A stretch of DNA of 64,000 nucleotides, from the NCBI GenBank assembly GCA_964016885.1, contig OZ024743.1, positions 15,190,001 to 15,254,000 on the forward strand, read 5' to 3'. This DNA comes from Eledone cirrhosa. Lineage: Eukaryota. The position numbers and the translations under genes are program-made. Below, piece after piece: positions 13,870-25,530 of this stretch (positions within the stretch are counted from its first letter, which is position 1; each line of letters begins with the position of its first letter). The notes under the pieces are model-generated. The model searched no databases. It was given only the letters and a program-made list of their open reading frames with translations, and was not told the origin of the DNA.

Positions 13870-14212
13870 TAGTTTCTGAAAGGGAATAAAAATGGTTTCC
13901 GAACGGAACACATGGAGAAGGCCTTTCGTCATCAGGGAAGTCTATTCTCAGCTAAGTTCCACGCATTGCCTGGGAACTTAGCTGAGAATAGACTTCCCTG
14001 ATGACGAAAGGCCTTCTCCTTGTGTTCCGTTCGGAAACCATGTTTATTCCCTTTCAGAAACTAATTAGTCGGAGTGAAATTTTAGTAAGTAAGTTAAGTT
14101 TTATAATTTTCTTGTTTTACATCTTTCATATAATTGTTCTGCATCCCCTTGCATTGAACCACAAAGTTACCAAGACAAAACCTATATATCTGCTAGCATA
14201 GGTATGCATCTG
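13870..14212. mobile_element. Fold-back PLE pseudo-LTR-like fragment (91-bp inverted arms) ending in (TA)n
   Basis: 13870-13960 is a near-perfect reverse complement of 13973-14063; contains an HHR; the plus arm continues to (TA)n at ~14212. Confidence 0.7.
13992..14075 (+). ncRNA. Type I hammerhead ribozyme with enlarged loop II
   Basis: ACTTCC-CTGATGA-c GAAAGG [38 nt] CCTTTC a-GAAAC TAATTA GTC^-GGAGT. Confidence 0.7.
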
Positions 14213-14386
14213 TATATATATATATGTTGTTAGATATACTAATTCTTTATAATTATCTCCAAATTATTTTGTTGAGCAAAAATTTGCCAAAACTGCTACT
14301 ATAGTTCATAGTAATAGTTCGGCTACTGTCTTCTTAACAGCCCACTCCTCACTGATTAACCTCTATGTCATATATATGTGTGTATG

Positions 14387-14495
<109 letters not shown>

Positions 14496-15124
14496 CTCTC
14501 TATCTGTGTGTGACCTTTTCCTAACAATCACACAACAATTATAAATAGTATTCCTCTTAGAACCACATGACGTTGATTTTCGATTTTCGTTTATTTTTTC
14601 GTATTGATAGTTTAAATGATCAAAGTAGCTCCTTAACTCTTTACATGTTATCATACTTTCTTCTCCGTGAGAATTTTTATGCCTAACATAATTTAGAAAT
14701 TTTTAACATCAAGATATGTTTCTTCGCTTTAGAAATAAGCATGACACTTTTTCGACATATATTCATTTCAAACATCTACTCCCAGTTGCGGAATACTATA
14801 GCCTGAACCTTTACGTATATATGCGATTGGATTACAGATTCGATTTTTTTCTTTAATTTTGTTCATGATATATCGTACCTTATGTATGGACATTTGAAAT
14901 AGTTAAAGGCTATCAGAACTTCTGGATAATCCACTCTGTGCTGCTGTGCTTGCTTGCCGAAACCTTGTCGGCAATATACGCACATCACATAACATTGTGT
15001 TCCGAGGTATTTGAGGTACAAATTAAGTAGAAATCAATTATGACCGGTAATAAGTTTGACGTTTTAGACATTATCGTTTATGAAACAAAATGTGGGAATG
15101 ATATCATTTTATAATTCTATCTAA

Positions 15125-15302
15125 CATTGGCCCAAAACAAGCAATTTCATGGGAGGTACATTTAGAATAGATCGACCCGAGTATTTGATTGGTACATTAT
15201 TTTATCGGCCCCCAAATAATAAAAGGCACACTTGATCTTCACTGGATTTGAACTCGGAACACATTTGTCCAACAGTCTAATGATTCTGCCATACCAGCGC
15301 CC
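15125..15302 (-). mobile_element. Degraded SINE copy
   Basis: TTTTATCGGCCCC...AAAGGC...GGATTTGAACTC...GATTCTGCC is the reverse complement of the family motifs. Confidence 0.65.
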
Positions 15303-15439
15303 ACAGTGTCATTTTTCAATAGAAATCTATTCATTATTAAGGCCAGATGCTGGGTAGCTTTACGTTAGCCTTAATTATACAAATGTTGATTACGAATATT
15401 CTAGGTACACGAACAATGTGTTGTTATTAGATAGATGGC

Positions 15440-15670
15440 ATTATTTTTCTATCGACTCCGTAAGGATGAACGGTAAAGTTAACCTCGGCGGGATTTGAAC
15501 TCCGATCAATAACTGCCCTTTATGATCTGAGTTCAAATCCCGCCGAGGTTAACTTTTCCTTTCATCCTTACGGCGTCGAGAAAATAAAGTACCAGTCACG
15601 CACTTGGATCGATTTAATCGACTTTCCCCTTCCCTACAATTGCTGGCCTTGTGCTTATATAACAAACAAT
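15440..15670. mobile_element. Head-to-head inverted SINE pair (5'-truncated minus copy + plus copy)
   Basis: 15440-15508 is the reverse complement of 15524-15590 (GTTAACCTCGGCGGGATTTGAACTC / GAGTTCAAATCCCGCCGAGGTTAAC). Confidence 0.75.
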
Positions 15671-15998
15671 CACTTTCCTATATATTCATAATGTTAAAAG
15701 GTATTACAATCTGGCCTTAAGAAGTTGACTACAAGTTTTAAAGAATAAATTGATTACGTTGACGCAAACTCTTTGCATTATAGGTTGTGCTAGGTGATGC
15801 GTATCGACTATTCATTTTTAGTAAAGTATAACCCATTGTATTTTATTCGAAGTACTTCCGTTACATATGTATAGTCATTCGATATATGGGTAAACAGTAT
15901 GTTACAGATTGTATACAAATTATAAATAAACAGATGTTTCATTAAAACATATTTTAACGTGCACTATTCAGTTAAGCACATTATGTTCTTACTTTCAA

Positions 15999-16190
15999 GA
16001 GCGGTGGATTGGCAGTATCGGTAGAGGAAGAGACGCCATGGTTTCCAGCATAGTTATGTCCCTTTACGATCTGAGTTCAAATCCCGCCGAGGTTAACTTT
16101 GCCTTTCATCCTTACGGGGTCAATAAAATTAAGTACCAGTAATGCACTGGGTAATTGCTGGCCTTGTGCCTAAAAGTAGAAAAAATTATT
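15999..16190 (+). mobile_element. Full-length tRNA-derived SINE with target-site duplication
   Basis: A-box-like TGGCAGTATCGG, B-box GAGTTCAAATCC, core GCCTTTCATCCTTACGGGGTC; TSD TTCTTACTTTCAA at 15986 and 16191. Confidence 0.85.
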
Positions 16191-16484
16191 TTCTTACTTT
16201 CAAAAAATTGTTAATATTTCTTCATTAACAATTGCATTAAGGCTGCCAATTAACGATAATGGAAGATAAAAAAAAGAGAATTATACAAAACTGTATTTTG
16301 GGTTATTAATAATTATCCAGTGTACTGGTAAACACAGGAGAAATATAACTTTAATGTTGTTGCAAATAAATTTGTATTAGTTAATTATTCTAATGCTTAA
16401 TTTCTTCATTGCAGGATGGGCAATGAAATATATAATACAGGAATATTGATTTAATTATAATAATAATTATCATTATTATTATTA

Positions 16485-16705
16485 GGGCAGAATCCGTAGA
16501 ACGTCTGAGAATATATTTAGCGGCATAGAGTTACGGCCCTTTACTTTCTGAGTTCAAAGCTCACCGATTTTAGCTTTGACTTTAATCATTACGGGGTCGA
16601 TAAAATAAAGCACCAGTAACGCACCAGGTTCGATTTAGTAGTCTTTGACTCCTCCCTCCCTCAAATTTGCTGTTTTGTGCTCCAATCTGAAACCATTATT
16701 ATTAT
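16485..16705 (+). mobile_element. tRNA-derived SINE copy
   Basis: GGCAGAATCCGTAGA...GAGTTCAAA...ACGGGGTCGATAAAATAAAGCACCAG...(ATT)n tail. Confidence 0.75.
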
Positions 16706-16715
16706 TATCGGTAGA

Positions 16716-16910
16716 GGGCGGTGGGTTGGCACTATCGGTAGAGGGTCGGACGCCATGCTTTCTAGCATAAAGTTACGTCCCTTTACGTTCTGAATTCAAA
16801 TGCCGCCAAGGTTAACTTTGCCTTTCATCCTTACGGGGTCGATAAAATAAAGTACCAGTAATGTACTGGGATAATTGCTGGCCTTGTTTCAAAAAGTAGA
16901 AACAATTATT
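16716..16910 (+). mobile_element. Full-length tRNA-derived SINE with TSD
   Basis: Same family as 15999; flanked by ATTATTATCG(G/T)TAGA at 16701 and 16905. Confidence 0.85.
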
Positions 16911-16914
16911 ATCG

Positions 16915-18090
16915 TTAGAGCATCGGACACGTTCGTTGTGGCCGGACGCTCATCCTGGTCTCGGACGATAAGTTGGTGTTCCTGAATGTGAGATATAGTG
17001 AAAGTGGTCATTTGAGACGGGTGGTCGTCCATGCCCCGACTGGGGCGTGACTGCCGAATTTCTTTAAGCGTCTGGAAGCATTTTTTGGTACGTATCGCCT
17101 TTTTCTGTAAGTGGAGACTGAAACGGCAAATTAGATGCATGTTGGGATTTTGCGGGAGTACCTCATATTAGCAGTGGAAGAGTGAAAAAGACTTAAGAAC
17201 ATGAGCAGGCAGTTCCCACCGTCTTGCAAGCACACATGAGATTTTTCCGAATGCGCCAGTATGGACCTGCACCAATCGCATAGGTTTATCTAAATCCTAG
17301 TATATATGTTTTCATTAGAAGGACAGACAAAATCGCAGAGGGTGTCCATAATTTCAAACGGTTACCTATTTAGACTACAAATTAGTGATATACTTGGGCT
17401 ACGTAGATAGAACTCGTAGACAAGCACACGGTTACAAGAAGCCTAATTCGTAGACAGCCACCCGGTTACTAGAACCCTAACGCAACGATCCTAGCACATA
17501 AAACCTACAGCGAAGGAAGTAGCACATTATTTAAACACCGTTTTATAGTTGCAGTTGTCAACAACAGCTGGTGGGGCGCTCTCAATAGAAGGATTAGTGT
17601 AGCATTATGGCATTTAGTAAATAGGTAGTAATAGTAAAAAATAGAAAAGAGGCTTTGTTAGCAGCTGAATTAGAAGAGGCCGATTTGCTATCTGCGAGAG
17701 TGACACGGAACCATTTCTTCAATGTGACACACGAAGGTTGCATGGTCAGAGCTAAGGCACGTACTGTAAGAAGAGAGGGAACAAAAACTGTTCTATGGGC
17801 CCGGGTGGCAGAGGCGCAATATAGCAACAAAGGCACGATTTGGTCTTTGACGGATAAGGACGCTCGCATGCGACTCGATTCCAAGCAGATATGTACGACT
17901 TTTCAGCGCATTCTGCCCGAATATTCGGGTCGAGCGATGGTACGAGAAGGTAACTGACAACAGCTCCTACATCGACGGTCTGTCTTAAATCTGTGGCGGA
18001 TGCGGAGGGCTCTAAAAGGCAGGTAACAGCAGCTGTTATCGGACGGTTTAGATAGTGTACCCTATGAGGTTTACGGAGACATGCCAAACA
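16915..18090 (+). pseudogene. Highly degraded L1/Tx1-like ORF2 remnants (16915-17160 and 17600-18090)
   Basis: Peptides RVVVHAPTG..NFFKRLEAFFGT (APE-like) and HEGCMVRAKAR..EG (post-endonuclease linker-like); recognised from memory only. Confidence 0.4.
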
Positions 18091-18697
18091 TATTCTTCGA
18101 TATCTTTGAAGTAGTTTACTGAAAGTAATAGTTCAATGTTAAAAGTGCTGAAGGTAGATAATATAGACGGTGTGTTAACCTAGAATAGAAGACTAACACA
18201 CTGACATATGTATATAAGTATATATTTGAAGCATTGTATCAAATGTAGAAAACACTCTTTTGTTTGAAACCATTCGTAAAAAAGAACTGGACAGCAAATG
18301 GTAAAAATATGATACACTGCTGTTGGGATGTAGTTATCCAGTTATTTATACATCCGTTTGATTTGGATAAAGGTTCTCTTTAAAAAATTATTAGAAACAA
18401 TTAAAATATTATCTATGTTCCACTTGTTCTCGTCTTTCCTCAACAGTTTTACTGCGTACCGTCTAACATAGCTGGAACATCTCGCGTTTTGCTTCGAGTT
18501 ACAGTAGACTACTGTAAAGACATCGAAGAATATGTTTGACATGTCTACGTAAACCTCATATATATATATATATATATAGTAATAATAGTAATAATAATAA
18601 ATTTGAAGACTAAAATACAAATAGGGCTCGATAAGGATAAATATATATCAAATATTTGAGAACCGTAGAGCAAATATTTATTAAAATAACAGATTAA

Positions 18698-18748
18698 AGT
18701 TTAAGCAAAGAATCGCTGCTTTCACCCTTAACGGGATCTTCTGAAACT
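18698..18748 (-). ncRNA. Hammerhead-like motif with CAGAAGA core (element A, minus arm)
   Basis: Mirror copy of 24059-24109. Confidence 0.6.
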
Positions 18749-19674
18749 AACAAAGTCAATCCGTAAACGCAGAACTGGATATTTCAAAAAACGTTGCAAC
18801 CGGAGGAAGACGGGAAGACGATACTTTGGTTCGTGGAAATGTTCGCTGGCAAAGAACGGGAAAGAACGAATAATACATCATTAATAGGAGCGGTGAAAAA
18901 CAATTACGCGCAAAGACAGAACCACGTTTATGGTATAAAAGAGGTCGTAGACTAATGTTCCCTTAGGTGGTGCATAGAGACGTTCTCTGGCAATGAACGA
19001 AAAACCGAAGATAAGACGTCATATGTGGAGCGTGGAGAACAATAGCACGCAAAGACAAAACCACGTAAATGGTATAGCAGAAGTCGTAGACTAAAATTCT
19101 AACTAGGAGACCAAATGAATCTCCGCTACAGAGTTAAGAACAAAGTAAATAAATACAACACAGAAGTAATAGAAATAAATAAATACATACACGCAAACAA
19201 ATACGTACATACACAAGCATACGCAAAACCTTACTATAAGTATACAAAACCACGCACATATAAATATGTGTGTGTGTGTATGCGTGTATACAAATAAATA
19301 AATAATTATATAAACGTATATAAATAAATAAATACGTATATAACAAGCGCGCACACATACCTACATATAAATACACGAATGTTCGGAGACGTAGGTCAAC
19401 TAAAACAAGAAGTACACAATACACACACCCACCATACGTACGAATCCGCATACTCACACAGACGCAAAACTCCCGTATACACATAGCCAAACCCTATGTA
19501 CCAGAATATATAAAATTATACGCCAAAACAATCAAATGTACGTACGAGAAGGTATACGTACCTTCACAAAACAAACGGGTAATAAATACTTACCTATGCA
19601 AATAAGTAAAGGAATAAACAAAACATATACTTAGCTCCCACATCAAGACGTAAAATATCCACGTAAAGATTGTA

Positions 19675-20930
19675 CTATCCGTTAGGGTATAAAGTGGGGC
19701 TGTAATACAGGAAAGTTTTGTGCAATTTATGTTTACAAGCCGAAATTGCCTCAGATTTTTTGTTTAAGATGTGGTCTGTGGCGTAGAGTATTTGCAGGGC
19801 CTCGGCGGCGCAGAGGTCACATGGTCTTTATTTCCGTTATACGATCTAGCTCTAGCTAGGATCTCCCAGTGTAACTTATATTGGGTGTGGTTGTCTTTTA
19901 GACTCCAGATATAAGCTGAAAGTGATGTCATATTCCTTCTTAGAGGGTAACGAAAAGAATGGGTATGCATGTAAAGTCGCTGCTTGAAACTATTGGCGGT
20001 TAACCCTATGTAGGCCCTACGGGACGTGGGTGTTACAACCTTACATTTGTAGACAATGTTACTAGAGAGGCATTTCCTGGATCTGGGGCAATCAGCCCGA
20101 TACCTACAATTACAGTTAGTACTAACTACAGGGTTGCACGTGTTCCTACGGCTATGTAGTTTAGCTAAATTTGAAGCTGTGATGTTATGTGCAAGGCTAG
20201 GAGTCGTAGAGTAAGACATTTAATAGTATTTCTATTAAACATTTTTTTACTATATTTATGTGTAAGGGGAAAATGCTTCGTAATAAGGGAAAGAAAGATC
20301 TTAGCTAATGGTGTGGCCACCTCCATATTATATGGTGGGTTATACCAACAAATGCAACGGGATCTATTTCTTCTAGGTCTATTTTCGTACCCAGAATAAG
20401 CTACCTTATCGACAAATCCACTTCGAGCAAGAGCTTCATTGTAATAAGTGGAATGGTCGTTGAAAATACGCTCGTTGGTGGAAAGACGGGAAAACCTCAA
20501 CGAAACGTTTCTTACCAGGTTCTTGGTTATGCTGGCAGGATGGTTGGAATGGTTACTTATGTAATTAAGCGTATCATTCGGCTTTCTATACGGGTAATAC
20601 AACCCATTCAATAAATTGAGGGTAACGTCGAGGTAATTAACGACCGAGAGATTGGCCTCAACCTGTATAGAGAGGTCGAAGCCTTTAAAGAAGGCTGTGA
20701 GTTCTTTTTTGAACCTGTCGCAAGCACGAGGTCCGCACTTAGTCATGGTCAAAAGACCATCGTCACGGTACAAACCACCGCCCGCGTTGGGGAATTTGTC
20801 CTTGATAGAGAAAAGAAGGAAACGGCCAATAACATCAGTAACCTCAGCAGAGTCACTGGCGCCCATACTCACGTCGAATGGGGTACTATTGGATTTTTTA
20901 ATCCAAATAGAGTCGTCGAAATTAATCACC
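19675..20930 (-). pseudogene. PLE RT C-terminal half + GIY-YIG endonuclease, frameshifted
   Basis: MGASDSAE, YRDDGL, VNYLDVTLNL, WYNPPY, CNCR..CP..CL, IVYKC..YIGLT. Confidence 0.9.
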
Positions 20931-21012
20931 GTCTTTCAGATTTTAGTTGTCAAATTTATTATTATTACTATTTGGCTCCCTCGGTTGAGCACTCTACTGA
21001 CATATATTCATA

Positions 21013-23136
21013 ATGCATAAACAAGATCTGAATATTTCTACAAAGAACATACCCGTACCTAGCAGGAAAACCTACCTAAAACTCCTGATACAGAAAACAG
21101 ACGCGTTCATTAAAAGGTTGCGTTGGCGCGCCTTTTATTTCGATAATCCGCGAAAAGCAGACAACAAACAGGATAAATTTGGATTTAAAACCTATAATAA
21201 TCCCCCGTGGAACCCAGCATTGCTACCCTTCGAAAATGATGTCTTGGAACTCATTCGGAGCATCAAATTTCGGAATAGGAGCAATTCCTTCCCGCAAGAC
21301 GATAGAATTCGTTATATTAAGGATTCTAACGCCGTGCACGTCCATCCGACAAAACTGGCAACCTATATCAAGTGGAGCGCAGTACTTACCATCAACTACT
21401 ACATAATGCTGTAACTAAGGATTACCGTAAAACTTATCGGTGCGTCATCAATGAAATAAACGATGCTGGGTTTGAAATCACATCTAATCTCAACATCCTG
21501 GACCGGACCGAACCTTTGGACCCTATTTCTCCCCACTTTACCCTGAAGGATCACAAATCCAATTTTCCGAACAACCCCTCTATTCGGCTTATTAACCCTA
21601 TGAAGTCCGATTTAGGTAGACTTAGTAAAACGATTCTTGATAGAATTATACCTGAAATTAGAAGTTTGGCCCCTCTTGCACTGTGGAACAATTCTTTCGC
21701 GGTGATTGATTGGTTCAACGGCATATGTAACAAGGAACATTGCCGTTTTATCCAATTCGACATCAACAATTACTACTCCTCCACCACTTTACCACTTCTC
21801 CTTAGAGCTATCAATTTCGCTAAAACACTCACAGTGGTTAAGGATTTCGAAGTCGATGTCATCCTCAATGCCCGAAAGTTGGTGATTAATTTCGACGACT
21901 CTATTTGGATTAAAAAATCCAATAGTACCCCATTCGACGTGAGTATGGGCGCCAGTGATTTTGCGGAGGTTACTGATCTTATTGGCCTTTTCCTTCTTTT
22001 CTCTATCAAGGACGAATTCCCCAACGCGGGCGGTGGTTTGTACCGTGACGATGGTCTTTTGACCATGACTAAGTGCGGACCTCGTGCTTGCGACAGGTTC
22101 AGAAAAGAACTCACAGCCTTCTTTAAAGGCTTCAATCTCTCTATACAGGCTGAGGCCAATCTCTCGGTCGTTAATTACCTCGACGTTACCCTCAATTTAT
22201 TGAATGGGTTGTATTACCAGTATAGAAAGCCGAATGATACGCTTAATTACATAAGTAAGCATTCCAACCATCCTTCCAGCATAACCAAGAACCTGGTAAG
22301 AAACGTTTCGTTGAGGCTTTCCCGTCTTTCCACGAACGAGCGTATTTTCAACGACCATTCCACTTATTACAATGAAGCTCTTGCTCGAAGTGGATTTGTC
22401 GATAAGGTAGCTAATACTGAGTACGAACATAGACCTAGATGAAATAGATCCCGTCGCATTTGTTGGTATAACCCACCATATAATATGGAGGTGGCCACAC
22501 CATTAGCTAAGATCTTTCTTTCCCTTATTACGAAGCATTTTCCCCCTACACATAAATATAGTAAAAAAATGTTTAATAGAAATACTATTAAATGTCTTAC
22601 TCTACGACTCCTAACCTTGCACATAACATCACAGCTTCAAATTTAGATAAACTACCTAGCCGTAGGAACACATGCAACCCTGTAGCTACTACTAACTGTA
22701 ATTGTAGGAATCGGGCTGATTGGCTCATATCCGGGAAATGCCTCTCTAGTAACATTGTCTACAAATGTAAGGTTGTAACACCCACGTTCCGTAGGGCCTA
22801 CATAGGGTTAACCGCCAATAGTTTCAAGCAGCGACTTTACATGCATACCCATTCTTTTCGTTACCCTCTAAGAAGGAATATGACGTCACTTTCAGCTTAT
22901 ATCTGGAGTATAAAAGACAACCACACCCAATATAAGTTACACTGGGAGATCCTAGCTAGGGCTAGATTGTATAACGGAAATAAAAGACCATGTGACATCT
23001 GCGCGGCCGAGGCCCTGCAAATACTCTACGCCACAGACCACATCTTAAACAAAAATCTGAGGCAATTTCGGCTTGTAAACATAAATTGCACAAAACTTTC
23101 CTGTATTACAGCCCCACTTTATACCCTAACGGATAG
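21013..23136 (+). pseudogene. Full-length PLE (Naiad-type) RT/GIY-YIG ORF broken by frameshifts and a stop
   Basis: ORF pieces 21013-21414, 21372-22442 and 22592-; STKNIP..FIKRLRW, QFDINNYY, YRDD, GIY-YIG, CDIC. Confidence 0.9.
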
Positions 23137-24058
23137 TACGATCTTTACGTGGATATTTTACGTCTTGATGTGGGAGCTAAGTATATGTTTTGTTTATTCC
23201 TTTACTTATTTGCATAGGTAAGTATGTATTACCCGTTTGTTTTGTGAAGGTACGTATACCTTCTCGTTACCTATTTGATTGTTTTGGCTCATAATATTAT
23301 ATATTCTGGTACATAGGGTTTGGCTATGTGTATACGGGAGTTTTGCGTCTGTGTGAGTATGCGGGTTCGTACGTATGGTGGGTGTGTGTATTGTGTACTT
23401 CTTGTTTTAGTTGACCTACGTCTCCGAACATTCGTGTATTTATATGTAGGTATGTGTGTGCGCTTGTTATATACGTATTTATTTATTTATATACGTTTAT
23501 ATAATTATTTATTTATTTGTATACACGCATACACACACACATATTTATATGTTTCGTGGTTTTGTATACATATGGTAAGGTTTTGCGTATGCTTGTGTAT
23601 GTACGTATTTGTTTGCGTGTATTTATTTATTTATTTCTATTACTTCTGTATTGTATTTATTTACTTGTTCTTAACTCTGTAGCGGAGATTCATTTGGTCT
23701 CCTAGTTAGAATTTTAGTCAATGACTTCTGCTTACCATTTACGTGGTTTTGTCCTTGCGTGCTATTGTTCTCAACGCTCCACATATGACGTATTTTCTTC
23801 GGTTTTTCGTTCATTGCCAGAGAACGTCTCTATGCACCACCTAAGGGAACATTAGTCTACGACCTCTTTTATACCATAAACGTGGTTATGTCTTTGCGCG
23901 TAATTATTTTTCACCGCTCCTATTAATGACGTATTATTCGTTTTTTCCCGTTCTTTGCCAGCGAACGTTGCCACGAACCAAAGTATTGTCTTCCTGTCTT
24001 CCTCCGGTTGCAACGTTTTTTGAAATATTCAGTTCTGCGTTTACAGATTGACTTTGTT

Positions 24059-24109
24059 AGTTTCAGAAGATCCCGTTAAGGGTGAAAGCAGCGATTCTTT
24101 GCTTAAACT
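24059..24109 (+). ncRNA. Hammerhead-like motif with CAGAAGA core (element A, plus arm)
   Basis: AGTTT-CAGAAGA-tCCC gttaa GGGt-GAAAGCA...TGCTT^-AAACT; all three stems pair; AATAAA follows. Confidence 0.6.
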
Positions 24110-24125
24110 TTAATCTGTTATTTTA

Positions 24126-24161
<36 letters not shown>

Positions 24162-24376
24162 GTTAAAAATGTACATCTACATATGCATACTGAAATACTA
24201 GTATGCATATGAATACACACACGTATACATATGTAGATGTACCAAGTCTTTCACTGGTTACTTTACTGTGAGTATCCAGCTATTCTGTATGTAAACACAC
24301 AGACAAACCGGTTTTTAGAGTCATACTGGTTTTTGAGGAAACACCTTTCCTCTATTCTCCAGAAAGCCAGACAAGG

Positions 24377-24421
24377 AATATTGAACTAGTTTCGTTGTTG
24401 TTACAACTCATCAGCAATATT
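24377..24421 (-). ncRNA. Type I hammerhead ribozyme (466 family)
   Basis: Exact reverse complement of 25163-25207. Confidence 0.88.
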
Positions 24422-25162
24422 TACCTATCTACCGGCCTTTCTGGAGAATCGTAAAAGCACATATCGTTATATGCTTTTTCTATGAAAATTAGTAGTGGGC
24501 AGACTAATTTGCATAGAGTGTGAGTACGTACCGGTTCAACGGAGACGATAAAAACAAATAACGAAACGAAATTAAATTTCGTTTCGTTTGTAACTCACTT
24601 TTGTATGACTGACGCTTAAACAATTAAGTTAAAAATGTACATCTACATATGCATACTGAAATACTAGTATGCATATGAATACACACACGTATACATATGT
24701 AGATGTACCAAGTCTTTCACTGGTTACTTTACTGTGAGTATCCAGCTATTCTGTATGTAAACACACACACAAACCGGTTTTTAGAGTCAAACTGGTTTTT
24801 GAGGAAACACCTTTCCTCTATTCTCCAGAAAGCCAGACAAAGAATATTGAACTAGTTTCGTTGTTGTTAGACTTGGTACATCTACATATGTATACGTGTG
24901 TGTATTCATATGCATACTAGTATTTCAGTATGCATATGTAGATGTACATTTTTAACTTAATTGTTTAAGCGTCAGTCATACAAAAGTGAGTTACAAACGA
25001 AACGAAATTTAATTTCGTTTCGTTATTTGTTTTTATCGTCTCCGCTGAACCGGTACGTACTCACACTCTATGCAAATTAGTCTGCCCACTACTAATTTTC
25101 ATAGAAAAAGCATATAACGATATGTGCTTTTACGATTCTCCAGAAAGGCCGGTAGATAGGTA

Positions 25163-25207
25163 AATATTGCTGATGAGTTGTAACAACAACGAAACTAGTT
25201 CAATATT
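25163..25207 (+). ncRNA. Type I hammerhead ribozyme (466 family)
   Basis: AATATTG-CTGATGA-GTTGT aaca ACAAC-GAAAC TA GTT^-CAATATT; stem I extends through ATTCTCCAGAAAG/CTTTCTGGAGAAT. Confidence 0.9.
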
Positions 25208-25495
25208 CCTTGTCTGGCTTTCTGGAGAATAGAGGAAAGGTGTTTCCTCAAAAACCAGTATGACTCTAAAAACCGGTTTGTCTGTGTGTTTACATACAGA
25301 ATAGCTGGATACTCACAGTAAAGTAACCAGTGAAAGACTTGGTACATCTACATATGTATACGTGTGTGTATTCATATGCATACTAGTATTTCAGTATGCA
25401 TATGTAGATGTACATTTTTAACTTAATTGTTTAAGCGTCAGTCATACAAAAGTGAGTTACAAACGAAACGAAATTTAATTTCGTTTCGTTATTTG

Positions 25496-25530
<35 letters not shown>

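Larger units (their letters stand above)
18578..24123. mobile_element. Naiad-type Penelope-like element A: 5'-truncated minus arm (18578-20930) head-to-head with a full-length plus arm (20940-24123), inserted in (TA)n
   Basis: Arms are diverged reverse complements; both outer ends abut (TA)n; the far end of the minus arm (ATTTTAGT..TCAAATTTATTATTATTACTATT) repeats the start of the plus arm (pseudo-LTR permutation). Confidence 0.92.
24156..25500. mobile_element. Non-coding HHR element, 466-bp unit family: ~1.5 units minus head-to-head with ~1.4 units plus, in (TA)n
   Basis: 466-bp periodicity in both arms (24156/24622 and 24869/25335); inversion at 24869; no ORF. Confidence 0.9.

Noticed and set aside
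15999-16910. tRNA genes or a CRISPR-like array
   Set aside because: The A/B boxes belong to SINE heads with TSDs; there is no cloverleaf and no repeat-spacer periodicity.
22440-22442. In-frame TGA in Naiad element A as a possible selenocysteine codon (some Naiads encode selenoproteins)
   Set aside because: The sister arm has AGA (Arg) at this non-Cys position and no convincing SECIS was seen; it is an ordinary nonsense mutation.
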